Below, one piece after another: positions 1-9,112 of a DNA stretch of 64,000 bases. A program made the position numbers and the translations under genes. Source of the stretch: Candidatus Velthaea sp. (GTDB lineage: Bacteria; Vulcanimicrobiota; Vulcanimicrobiia; Vulcanimicrobiales; Vulcanimicrobiaceae); assembly GCA_050012475.1 (NCBI GenBank), contig JBEKHC010000007.1, forward strand, positions 1 through 64,000, given 5' to 3'. Under the pieces are notes generated by a model. That model worked only from the letters and a program-made list of their open reading frames with translations. It was not told where the DNA came from and ran no database searches. The number at the start of each line of letters is the position of its first letter. Positions within the stretch are counted from its first letter, which is position 1.

Positions 1-2
1 AA

Positions 3-344
3 GTCAAGGACTATTCGCGCCAAACGGCGATCGCAATGCTCGGCATGCCGGGCTTTCTCGGTTTTACGGGTGCCACTGTCGGGTCGCGGATGATCACGGT
101 CACCGCTTGGGAGGATGAGGACGGCCCCGCCAGACTCAGAACCGACCCCGTTCATCGCGAGGCGATGGCGAAGTTCTTTGGAACTGACATTGGGAGCAGC
201 GGGTTCGTGAGCACCTGGGTTCCTCGCTACGTCGCTCCGATGCGAGTGCGTTGCGAGTCCTGCGGGGCGATGGCAGCCGTGCAGCCCAGTGAAATGCGTT
301 GCCATTGCGGCGCGCGGCTGCCCGAACCGCCTCCGTATTTTTAG
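3..344 (+). CDS. 5'-truncated protein: dimeric alpha-beta barrel (ABM-like) segment plus C-terminal zinc ribbon
   Basis: Frame is open from the window edge (VKDYSRQTAIAMLGMPGFLG..TVTAWEDED..H). It ends CESC-x12-CHC then LPEPPPYF*. Family assignment is by resemblance only. Confidence 0.55.
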   Translation, partial: VKDYSRQTAIAMLGMPGFLGFTGATVGSRMITVTAWEDEDGPARLRTDPVHREAMAKFFGTDIGSSGFVSTWVPRYVAPMRVRCESCGAMAAVQPSEMRCHCGARLPEPPPYF

Positions 345-687
345 CAGGCGGCTGCAGCCCACGTTTCGGTGCCGCCCGGAACGAAATAACATGCGTTCGC
401 GCGCGGTCCGGGCGCGGCCGGGATCGGCACGTGCACCTCGGCTGACGGCATCGGGATGATGCGCTGGCCGAGCATTTGAAGGCGGCCCGGTAAGCGGGCG
501 AGAGTCGGCGGAAACCACTCGCTGCGAGCAGCGAACGTCGAGGGCCGCCATCAGCCGGCGACGATCGCGCGCAAGCTCGCCGCGACCGTCGTCGTGCCGG
601 ACTACGAACGTCGTTCTGGGGTCGGACGCTTATCGGACGCTGCGGCAATACGCTAACGCTATCAGCTCACGTTGGAGAGTGACCGCG

Positions 688-3501
688 ATGGCGAAACCCG
701 CTGGATATGAGCCCGTTCCCGGCAGCGAACGTCCGAACGTCCCGGAATCAACGTTGGTCGGACCGGTACAAGGATCGGAAAAGATCGCTTTTACGGTCCT
801 GTTACACCAACGCCCGAACAGCCCGAACCTCCATGATTTCGAGCATTGGCGAAACACGCCGCCGAACCAGCGGACGTTTCTTTCGTCCGAGGACTTCATG
901 CGCACGTACGGAGCCGCCGACGAAGACTTGCGTGCGCTTGTGGACTTTTTGGAGTCGCGCGAACTGCGCGTGATCGAAGCGGATGCAGGCCGCCGGCGCG
1001 TCGTCGTCGAGGGAACCGCGACGCACGTCAATGAGGCGTTCCACCTCGTGCTCCACCGGTATCGTACCAACTTCCAATTTCCGCGGCGTCCGACTCGCGT
1101 GAACGACCATACGGTTCAAGCCAAAATTGAGCCGCGCCGCGAGCACCGCGGGTTTGACGGGCCGGTATACGTGCCTTCCAATCTGATCCACGTCGTCCGC
1201 GCGGTGATCGGCCTGGATAACCGGCGCGTGGGGGGTCCGGCGGGCGCAGGCACCGGTGATCCGCCGGGCGCCGGATTTCTCGATCCGACACAGGTAGCGC
1301 AGCTCTATAACTTTCCGACGAGCGGAGCGTCCGGTCAAACGATCGGCTTATTTGCTGCCGCCGACGAAGGGTCGGCGTATTTACCCGCAGACATTTCCGA
1401 GTTCATTACGTCATTGCCGCCCGGTTATAACACGCCGCCGAATGTCACCCCTATCGGATTAACGGTGGGCGCGACCGTGTACGGCAACAACACGGCACTC
1501 ATTACGGGCGGCTCCGCGTCGGGCGCCGCCTATGAAACTACGCAAGACATCGAAACCTCGGCGGCCATCGGACAAGGCGCGAACATCAACGTCTATTTCA
1601 CCCAAAACTCCGAAGCCGGATGGGAAGCGTTCTTTTCGCGCGCCATCTTCCCGCAGCCCGGCGATAATCCGCCGTCAGTGCTGTCCGCAAGCTGGGTGCT
1701 GTACCTCGATGATGCCCAAACGCCCAATGCCGCTGCCGGCAGCCCCGGCATCGGGAATCCTAGTGCCAGTGGAAGTCTTTCGAACATCCTGTCGGGGTAT
1801 CTTCAGACTGCCGCAATGCGCGGAATCAGCGCGTTGATCGCGATCGGTGATTGGGGTGCGGCCAACCAGGTCGTCGACAGCGAATGCCATGTCAGTTATC
1901 CGAATTCCGATCCCTGGTTTACCGGCTGCGGTGGCACGATTATCGGTGCCGTCACGTCGGTCGCGCCGCCCGGGTTCGAAGAGTACGCGTGGAGCGACGC
2001 CAATACGGCCTCGCAATTCAACGGCAGCCCGTACGACGCGACCGGCGGCGGCGTGAGCGATACGTTTCCGATACCTCCGTATCAAACGGCCGCCGGCATT
2101 CTGCCGATCTCGAAAGTCGACGGGAATTCGCGGCGAGGCGTCCCAGACGTCGCCGGCATGGTTGCCATGGAGGGCTTCGTCCTCAACGGCGGCGGCTACA
2201 CGTTTCTTGGAACAAGTTGCGTCGCGCCGCTGTACGCGGGGCTCGTGGCGACGATCAATGCTTTCCTTGGACACAGCGTCGGCTTCCTGAACCCAACGCT
2301 CTACCGGTATGGGCCGGAAATTTGCAAAGACGTCACGGTCGGCAATAATGACTCGGGCTACGCGCCGGATTCGCCCTTCTACACGACCGACATCGGCTGG
2401 GATCCGTGCACGGGCTGGGGCAGCATCGATGGATTGCGCTTCCTGGCGGCGCTCGCGCCGGGAGCGATCATCGCGACTGCGATCACGACGGCAGGCGATT
2501 TCGGGACGGTTTGCGTTGGTTCATTCACCGATGAACCCTTGACGATCAACAATGCCGGCTTCAGCGACTTGCTGATTACCGGCATTTCGATCGCGCCCGC
2601 AACGGAGTTCAGCGCGCCGGCGGTCGCATCATATCCGCTCGTCGTCAGCCCCGGCGCTTCGATCGATCTCCCGATCCGCTTCAAGCCGACGAGTTCCGGT
2701 CTGGCAAGCGCGACCGTTACGATTTCGAGCAATAGCATCTTCGGTGCAGCCACGCTTGAGGTTACCGGGATCGGGGGAGCGCCTCGGCTGGCACTTGCGA
2801 TTGCCGATCAGGGCAACTTCGGGCACATCTGCCGCGGAAGCTTTGCCGACGAGCCGCTGCTGCTGAGCAATAGCGGTACCTGTCCGTTGTCAATTACGAA
2901 CATCGCCTCCGACTCGCCCGAGTTCGTCGTTCCGCAGGTCGTCTCGTTCCCGCTCGTCATCGCGCCAGGCGGCTTTCTTCCGCTTCCGATTCGCTTCGAA
3001 CCGAGTGCGGCCGGTGCCGCGTCAGCGACGATCACGGTCACGAGCAACAATCCAGCCGGCCCGCTAAGTGTCAGCGTCGCGGGTGATGCTCCCTCGGGAA
3101 AGCTCGCGGTTTCAGGTTCGACGTCCTTTGGCGGCGTGCAAGCCGGTTGCTGCGCGGATCGGACGGTCTTCATCTGCAATGTCGGCAAGTGTGCGTTGGA
3201 TGTTACGAGCGTGGCTTTCAAACGCAAGAGCCGGCAATGGAAGCTGTTGAACAGTCCCTTCCCGACGACCGTTCCGCCCGGGACCTGTCTGCCGCTCGTG
3301 CTTCAGTATCACGCGCTCGATAAATGTTCGCGGCCCTGCGAACTCGTCATCGAAAGCGACGATCCGGCGACGCCGGTGAAATCCGTAGAAGTGCTGGCCT
3401 ATACGGTCGGCGGCGACTGCGGATGCGGCGACGACCAGCGCAAGCCGCAGTGCTGCCGCCAGGGCTATGAGTGCTGCGGCGACGACGGCGATGACTGCTG
3501 A
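688..3501 (+). CDS. S53 (sedolisin/kumamolisin) peptidase with pro-domain, three Ig-like (ASH/choice-of-anchor-D-like) repeats and a Cys/Asp-rich tail
   Basis: Pro-kumamolisin region (YGAADEDL..V..F, VIGLDNR), ETTQD, GDWG, RGVPDVAG, GTSCVAPLYAG and GWDPCTGWGS motifs. Three ~105-aa repeats start G(D/N)FG. GGAG at 674-677 precedes ATG 688. Confidence 0.92.
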   Translation: MAKPAGYEPVPGSERPNVPESTLVGPVQGSEKIAFTVLLHQRPNSPNLHDFEHWRNTPPNQRTFLSSEDFMRTYGAADEDLRALVDFLESRELRVIEADAGRRRVVVEGTATHVNEAFHLVLHRYRTNFQFPRRPTRVNDHTVQAKIEPRREHRGFDGPVYVPSNLIHVVRAVIGLDNRRVGGPAGAGTGDPPGAGFLDPTQVAQLYNFPTSGASGQTIGLFAAADEGSAYLPADISEFITSLPPGYNTPPNVTPIGLTVGATVYGNNTALITGGSASGAAYETTQDIETSAAIGQGANINVYFTQNSEAGWEAFFSRAIFPQPGDNPPSVLSASWVLYLDDAQTPNAAAGSPGIGNPSASGSLSNILSGYLQTAAMRGISALIAIGDWGAANQVVDSECHVSYPNSDPWFTGCGGTIIGAVTSVAPPGFEEYAWSDANTASQFNGSPYDATGGGVSDTFPIPPYQTAAGILPISKVDGNSRRGVPDVAGMVAMEGFVLNGGGYTFLGTSCVAPLYAGLVATINAFLGHSVGFLNPTLYRYGPEICKDVTVGNNDSGYAPDSPFYTTDIGWDPCTGWGSIDGLRFLAALAPGAIIATAITTAGDFGTVCVGSFTDEPLTINNAGFSDLLITGISIAPATEFSAPAVASYPLVVSPGASIDLPIRFKPTSSGLASATVTISSNSIFGAATLEVTGIGGAPRLALAIADQGNFGHICRGSFADEPLLLSNSGTCPLSITNIASDSPEFVVPQVVSFPLVIAPGGFLPLPIRFEPSAAGAASATITVTSNNPAGPLSVSVAGDAPSGKLAVSGSTSFGGVQAGCCADRTVFICNVGKCALDVTSVAFKRKSRQWKLLNSPFPTTVPPGTCLPLVLQYHALDKCSRPCELVIESDDPATPVKSVEVLAYTVGGDCGCGDDQRKPQCCRQGYECCGDDGDDC

Positions 3502-3699
3502 CGATGACTGCGAGGACACATTCAAAAGGAACGGACGCATCACCGCACTTCAGCTTGCTGTTGTTTGTACGGAAGCGGCTGCGCTCGCTTCGAGTCTACC
3601 ACTGAGCCTTTTCGCCTGGCATGATAGGTGAACGCGAGCAGGCCCGGGTAAGGCGCGCGCCGAGCCGTGGTCTTCGGGGGATGCGCTGCCGGTGGCTAC

Positions 3700-4101
3700 A
3701 TGCTTCCCGGTAACGGACTCGAAAGATGTTTCGAAAGATGTTTCTACGATGGTTCATGTGAAGTAGCCGCCGTGCTGGCCGCTCTCGCGTCGCTAGTCTC
3801 GATCGTTGCGCTCTGGGCGGTCACGGCATGAACGAACAACACGTGGGTTAGTGCTGGCCGTGCGGTAACGTTTCTGTTGCTGGCGGCCGCGCTGTATATC
3901 GGCCACCCGTGCTGGAGCATACAGAACATCCTTATGGTCGCAGCGGTGCTGATCTCGATCGCCGCGCTCGTGGTACCGCCTCGGCACCGCAACGGCAATC
4001 CACGCTCGCAGAACCGACGCGAGGTCTTCGTCAGTTCGGAGCCTAGCCCGCTCGATCACACGGTCCTTGCGTTGGCCATTGTCCGGGATGATCTAATTTA
4101 G
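3700..4101 (+). pseudogene. possible small multi-pass membrane protein interrupted by an in-frame TGA
   Basis: One frame gives hydrophobic segments VAAVLAALASLVSIVALWAVTA, then TGA at 3829-3831, then AVTFLLLAAALYIG and ILMVAAVLISIAALVV. Confidence 0.35.
3719..3744. repeat. 12-bp tandem duplication TCGAAAGATGTT x2 with internal dyad TCGAAA-N4-TTTCGA
   Basis: Read directly from the sequence. Confidence 0.85.
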
Positions 4102-4122
4102 CCCTGGACGTCTTCGCTTTAT

Positions 4123-4155
4123 CTGCTGAAGCAAACTTCTGCTGAAGCAAACTTC
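4123..4155. repeat. 16-bp tandem duplication CTGCTGAAGCAAACTT x2 with dyad GAAG-N4-CTTC
   Basis: Read directly from the sequence. Confidence 0.85.
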
Positions 4156-4450
4156 GCCGCATCCCTGGAGCTGCCTGAACCGGACCAAGTCGGCGGTCTA
4201 AGGCCGGCTCAACGGTCGCGCCGCGGGCGAATCGTGCCGGCGCGAAGCCGTGCTTTCGTTGGAACTCCGCCGGCGCTCCGGAATCGAGCTGTTTGAGAAT
4301 CGACACGATCCGGCTTGGGTGAAGCGCCTCTTACGCGTGCGGTCCCGTTGCCCGGGCCTGACCCCCGGAAAAAACTCACCGTCTCCGCCTGTCCGACGTC
4401 GCCGCCTCAGTCCACGCGGTTGACGGCGCGGCCGAACGGCTTGGGGCGAA

Positions 4451-4474
4451 AGCGGTAGGGTTTTCCCTACTGCT
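4451..4474. promoter_or_regulatory. inverted repeat AGCGGTAGGG-TTTT-CCCTACTGCT (operator or leader hairpin) upstream of the lipoprotein gene
   Basis: 10-bp stem with one G-T pair, ~190 nt upstream of the 4664 start. Function is inferred. Confidence 0.35.
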
Positions 4475-4663
4475 CAGCCGTCCGTCCCGTCACTACGATG
4501 AGTGAAGCACCTGCGACCAAACTGTCCCTTTTTGGGCGCCGAGACAGCAACGGCCGCCTTCTCGACGCGCAAATATAACGAAGCCGCCCTTCTTGGTCGG
4601 GCTTCGCGCTATTTGCAGGCACTCGCGCCCGGTGCTTCGATTTTCTAAAGGAGGTTGGGACCT

Positions 4664-5818
4664 TTGACACGTGTACGTCTACTGGCGGTAGCGCTATTTG
4701 CTGCCAGCCTTGTTGCCTGCGGCGGCGGCGGGAGTAGTGTCAGCACGCTGCCGCCGTCCTCGAATACTTCAATATCACCGCAGAATGCGGCGACGAGTAC
4801 GAGCGCGAGCACCAGCGATGCGACAATCCAGGATTGGCAGCGCAACCCCAACCCCACGCCCACGCCATGTCAGGGATATTGGAAGTGGGAGGGGTGGCAT
4901 TGGACCTGGTGCGGGTGTTCCTCGCCGAGTCCGTCACCCTCGCCGACCGTCAAACCAACGATTGCGCCAACGGCGAAGCCGACGGTTACGCCGACTGCTG
5001 CTCCGACGTCAACCGAAGAGCCGACACAAGCACCGACGACTGCCCCGACCGTGAGGCCGACTGCAACAGCCAAACCAACCGCTACACCCACCACTACCCC
5101 AACGGCCACGCCGACTGCAACGGCGAAACCAACCGCTACACCCACGGTAGCGCCCACCGTGGCACCGACGACCACCCCGACCGCCAAGCCGACTGCGACC
5201 CCGACGGCGAAGCCGACTTCGACGCCGACTACGGCACCGACAACGGCACCGACGTCGGTACCAACGGCTGCACCAACGCCGCTCTGTACAATTGAACCAG
5301 GTGCGCCGGGGAATATCCAGCAAAAAGCCTTTACTTTCACTTTCAACCCGGCCGGTGGTACGGTTCCCATTCAACCTCTTGGCGGATTTTCAACCACGAT
5401 GAACTATCCGTCCAATACGAACACGGTGGGTGGCCCCGTTTCAGCTTGCGTCATCGAACAAGTTAATAGCGAAGGCGTATCGAGCAACGGGCATACCGAA
5501 GCAACCTTTAATGCTGGATTCACCTTATATGGTGGCACGACCAATGGTACGATAACCTTCGCTCTGGGCGGAGGTAACGTAGACGGTACCATCACTCCTG
5601 GCGCAATAACATCTACTGTTACCAATTCGGGGTTTGTTAACGGAGATGCGATTATCCAATCATGGAGTACGGTGGATATTTACTTTACCGAAACAGCCAG
5701 CGGTGGTTCAGCAACATTTATCTCGCCATGGGATAATGCAACACAACCTGTGCCAACAAATATTAGCCAAAATATGCTCCCGCCAATGAGCATCACTTAC
5801 TATGATGCGACACAGTAG
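4664..5818 (+). CDS. lipoprotein with long Pro/Thr/Ala stalk and beta-rich C-terminal domain
   Basis: AAGGAGG at 4648-4654 precedes TTG 4664. Signal peptide with lipobox LVAC-GGGG, then ~120 aa of PTATP/PTTAP/KPT repeats. Confidence 0.85.
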   Translation: MTRVRLLAVALFAASLVACGGGGSSVSTLPPSSNTSISPQNAATSTSASTSDATIQDWQRNPNPTPTPCQGYWKWEGWHWTWCGCSSPSPSPSPTVKPTIAPTAKPTVTPTAAPTSTEEPTQAPTTAPTVRPTATAKPTATPTTTPTATPTATAKPTATPTVAPTVAPTTTPTAKPTATPTAKPTSTPTTAPTTAPTSVPTAAPTPLCTIEPGAPGNIQQKAFTFTFNPAGGTVPIQPLGGFSTTMNYPSNTNTVGGPVSACVIEQVNSEGVSSNGHTEATFNAGFTLYGGTTNGTITFALGGGNVDGTITPGAITSTVTNSGFVNGDAIIQSWSTVDIYFTETASGGSATFISPWDNATQPVPTNISQNMLPPMSITYYDATQ

Positions 5819-5836
5819 CACAAGGTAGTTGACGAA

Positions 5837-5869
5837 AAAGCTCCCTCGGAAAACCACCGAGGGGGCTTT
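5837..5869. terminator. probable (bidirectional) intrinsic terminator
   Basis: Stem AAAGCTCCCTCGG / CCGAGGGGGCTTT with a 7-nt loop and A/T flanks, between convergent genes. Confidence 0.75.
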
Positions 5870-5879
5870 GTCGCCGCCA

Positions 5880-5963
5880 GAGGAACCGAAGATCGAGCGC
5901 CGGACGGGTAAGATTTCCGTTGAGGAACCGAAGATCGAGTGCCGGACGGGTAAGATCTCCGTC
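5880..5963. repeat. 42-bp tandem repeat x2, each unit with a small hairpin
   Basis: GAGGAACCGAAGATCGAG(C/T)GCCGGACGGGTAAGAT(T/C)TCCGT(T/C) at 5880-5921 and 5922-5963. Confidence 0.9.
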
Positions 5964-6099
5964 CCGACGGTCGCCCGTAAGTAGCGGGTTTCTCTAGCGC
6001 AAGTGTCGTCAAGGGGCCCACGAGTTCATGCGCCGGTGTCGAATCGCTCAAACGTCGACAAGGAGGGAGGCCCCGAGTATCGTGCCTCGTTAACTAGCG

Positions 6100-8559
6100 T
6101 TATGGCCTGACGAGGTAAAAGTCGTTGGTGTGGTGCCCGTTGAGGTCGCGCAACAGACGGGGCACGTCATCGTTCGGTCGCGGCCGGCTAAACAGGTAGC
6201 CCTGGGCTTCGATACAGCCCAGTCGCCGCAGATTCTCGAGTTGCGCGGGTGTTTCGACGCCTTCACCGGTCGTAACGAGGTCGAGATTGACGGCCAAGCC
6301 GATAATCGCGCGAACGATTGCTTCCGCGTTGTCGGATGCGTCGAGGCCCGCGACGAACGTGCGGTCGATTTTGAGCTTGTCGAACGGGAATCGCAGAAGG
6401 CTCGACAAGGACGAAAAGCCGGTCCCGAAATCATCGAAAGCGACGGTGACGCCCATGGCCCGCAAATCGTCGAGGACGTTGCGCGTCGCAAGACTTTCTT
6501 GCAGTACCGCCGCTTCGGTAATCTCGATCTCCAGTCGCTTCGCCGGCAAGCCCGATGAAGCCAGGCAGCGGATCACGTCGGTCACGAGATTCTCGTTTTG
6601 AAATTGGAGCGGCGAAATATTTACGGCCACTTTTACCGGTTCCGGCCAGCGCGCGGCCTGCTCGCATGCCGTGCGCAGCACGCCTAACCCCAATTCGATG
6701 ATCAAGCCGCGCTCCTCGGCGAAGGAAATGAAACGGTCCGGGCCCAGAAGGCCGTGCTCCGGATGGTTCCAACGCAGGAGCGCTTCAAACGCGGTGACGC
6801 GCCCTCGTCCAATATCGATGATGGGCTGATAGAAGACTTCGAACTCACCGTAGTCGAGTGCGTGACGTATGTCGCTTTCAAGCTTTCGCCTTGCTTCAAT
6901 CTGCAAGCGCAGGTGGGTCTCGAAGAAGCGATAGGTGTGGCGCCCTGCGCGCTTTGCTTCGTAAAGCGCAAGATCAGCTTCTTTTAAAAGGCTTTCGGCG
7001 GTCGCCCCATCGCCTGGTAATGCAATGCCGATGCTTACGCTCACGACCGCGGACTGGCCGTCGATCACCAGCGGTTGACTGACGTCAGCGATAAGCCGCT
7101 CCGCGGCTTGGGCGATGAAATCGGGGGTGTCCGTGTCGGCGAGAATTACCGCAAACTCGTCGCCGCCGAGTCGAGCGATCGTGTCGCCGGCGCGCAGGCA
7201 CTTCGTTATCCGCTGGGAGACGCTGCACAGCAGCTGGTCACCTGCGCCATGTCCGAGCGTATCGTTGACATCTTTGAAATGGTCGATGTCGAGATACAAG
7301 AGTGCAAACGGCGCATTGCGCCGGTAGCGCGCGATCGCTTCGTCGATTCGCTCGCCAAAAACAAGCCGGTTCGACAGCCCGGTCAACGCATCGTGTCGTG
7401 CCAAATGAGAGATCTGTTTGTCGTGACGTTCGAGATCTTCGGCTTTTCGATGCAGATCCTCAGTCGTCGCGTGCAGGCTGGCGGTGAGGTCCTCGAGCTG
7501 AATCGAGCGGCGCAACGACAGGAGGAGATACGCGACGAGCAGCGCCGTCATCGTCAAACCGGTTGCGAGCGCAATTAACGCATACAGCTTCCCGCGGTTC
7601 CAACTCGGGGCATAAGCCGGCGTGACGATTGCTCCCCAGTGCTGATCTATCAGCGTTACTGTGCCTTGCCAATACATCGAAGCGCGGAGCACGTGCTCTG
7701 CCGAAACGCTTTTCGCTGCTGACGACGAGTAAATGCGGCGATGGTCGAAGTGTCCGGCGGGATCATAGAGGTATAACGCAAAGCCGCTCTCGCGCATCTT
7801 GTCCGCGATGATGTTGTCGATCATCGGTGCAATCTCGAAGGCTGCGAGCACAAGTCCCGTGTGGTGCCGCGTGCCACCGTGTTCGGCATCCGGTCCGCCG
7901 GTCGCCATGAACGCCACGACGCCCGCCCGCGCTCCCGAAACGCCGATGATCCCGAGCGGAATCGTCGCTGCGGGACGCCGCGTCCGGATGGCGCGCGCTA
8001 TTGCCGCTCGCCGCAGCGGCTCGGAGGCCAAGTCAAAGCCCAGTAGGCTGGGCAAGGCGGTTTTGCTGTACTGGGCACTGGTCTGCACATAGACGATCGG
8101 ATAATAGGCCGGCCGATCGCGGGCGGGCACGACCGTACCACGGGCATTGCGTTCGACGATCCGGTCATGACCGGCGATCGCGGCAGCGGCGAGGACCACA
8201 TGCTCGAATGAGCGTCGCTGAGAGCGGCTCACTCGCGGTGCCCAGCAGATGTTGCGCACGCCGACCACGCGATTGTGCAAGACCTGCGCGAAGCGCTCGA
8301 ATTGCGGGGCGCTCACCATTTTTCCGTTGGTGTCGACGTAGGCGCCCATCGTGTAAAGTAACGTCCGAGCGTCTGCAAGATCGGCGTTGATAACTTCGAG
8401 ATAGCTTCTGGCCTTGCTTTGAAAGTCGATCTCCGCGACGCGACTTTCCCATGATAAGACAAGTAAAAACGCACCGACCGAGGCGATTGTTCCTAATACG
8501 GCAGTCATCACGATCGCGGCGTAGCGCGATCGCGCCGGTTCGTGTCTGGGGTCTTTCAT
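6100..8559 (-). CDS. membrane CHASE-GGDEF-EAL protein (diguanylate cyclase/phosphodiesterase)
   Basis: Two TM helices flank a CHASE domain (YYPIVY, LGFDLASEP.RR.AI..A). HDALTGLSNR, RAGD I-site, GGDEF, EAL, DDFGTGFSSL and EGVET motifs. Start chosen at MKDPRH; the ORF is open to 8730. Confidence 0.93.
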   Translation of the reverse strand: MKDPRHEPARSRYAAIVMTAVLGTIASVGAFLLVLSWESRVAEIDFQSKARSYLEVINADLADARTLLYTMGAYVDTNGKMVSAPQFERFAQVLHNRVVGVRNICWAPRVSRSQRRSFEHVVLAAAAIAGHDRIVERNARGTVVPARDRPAYYPIVYVQTSAQYSKTALPSLLGFDLASEPLRRAAIARAIRTRRPAATIPLGIIGVSGARAGVVAFMATGGPDAEHGGTRHHTGLVLAAFEIAPMIDNIIADKMRESGFALYLYDPAGHFDHRRIYSSSAAKSVSAEHVLRASMYWQGTVTLIDQHWGAIVTPAYAPSWNRGKLYALIALATGLTMTALLVAYLLLSLRRSIQLEDLTASLHATTEDLHRKAEDLERHDKQISHLARHDALTGLSNRLVFGERIDEAIARYRRNAPFALLYLDIDHFKDVNDTLGHGAGDQLLCSVSQRITKCLRAGDTIARLGGDEFAVILADTDTPDFIAQAAERLIADVSQPLVIDGQSAVVSVSIGIALPGDGATAESLLKEADLALYEAKRAGRHTYRFFETHLRLQIEARRKLESDIRHALDYGEFEVFYQPIIDIGRGRVTAFEALLRWNHPEHGLLGPDRFISFAEERGLIIELGLGVLRTACEQAARWPEPVKVAVNISPLQFQNENLVTDVIRCLASSGLPAKRLEIEITEAAVLQESLATRNVLDDLRAMGVTVAFDDFGTGFSSLSSLLRFPFDKLKIDRTFVAGLDASDNAEAIVRAIIGLAVNLDLVTTGEGVETPAQLENLRRLGCIEAQGYLFSRPRPNDDVPRLLRDLNGHHTNDFYLVRP

Positions 8560-9112
8560 CGATACCGCGTCAGGCTTGCTCCGCACCTTCGCTGCATGTC
8601 TTTCGCTTCGTTTCAAGACCGTAAAGATGCGGCCAGGCATGTCGTCCACAATCTTCATCGGCAGAAGGAGGAGCAAAGTAAACGCAAAGCGCGCCGCCTT
8701 CCTCGCGAGCGCAGGTTCGATCGCCCGCAAACGGTCGATGGTGCGGCCTTAACGCGGGAACTCAGGGGAATTCGCAACGCTGCGGACCGCCGAAAACCAT
8801 CGGCAGCCACAAGAAGCTATCACCGAGCCAAGCGAATTACGGGTTTCTCCGCTGACGATGAGGTTGAGGGTCTCCAGACTCCTTGTATCGCGCCGAAGTG
8901 AAACGCCTTAACCCTTGCGGCACGAAGCTGCCCGGACCGCCGCCGTAGTTCTCGTCGCCGGTCGCAGCCCGCTCCTCGCTGACCGATTCGAGCGAAACGG
9001 CCGCATCCCGCGCACTCCGCGGTCCCTTCAGCCGAAGAAGGGTTCCGTATGGACGCTGAGGTCAGCTCCCGAGTGCCAAGCCCGACCGATCGGAAGCCGA
9101 CCGAATCGTCGC

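Noticed and set aside
3499..3625. Selenocysteine read-through of TGC-TGA-CGA-TGA after the Cys-rich S53 tail
   Set aside because: No SECIS-like hairpin recognised. The pattern is explained by a short GATGACTGC duplication.
3721..3744. LexA (Cheo) box
   Set aside because: GAAA-N4-TTTC deviates from GAAC-N4-GTTC in both halves, and no SOS gene is adjacent.
5290..5818. Diversity-generating retroelement target
   Set aside because: No reverse transcriptase and no template/variable repeat pair differing at adenines was seen.
5880..5963. CRISPR array (also considered for 39523-39644)
   Set aside because: Only two copies, no unique spacers of suitable length, and no cas genes in the window.
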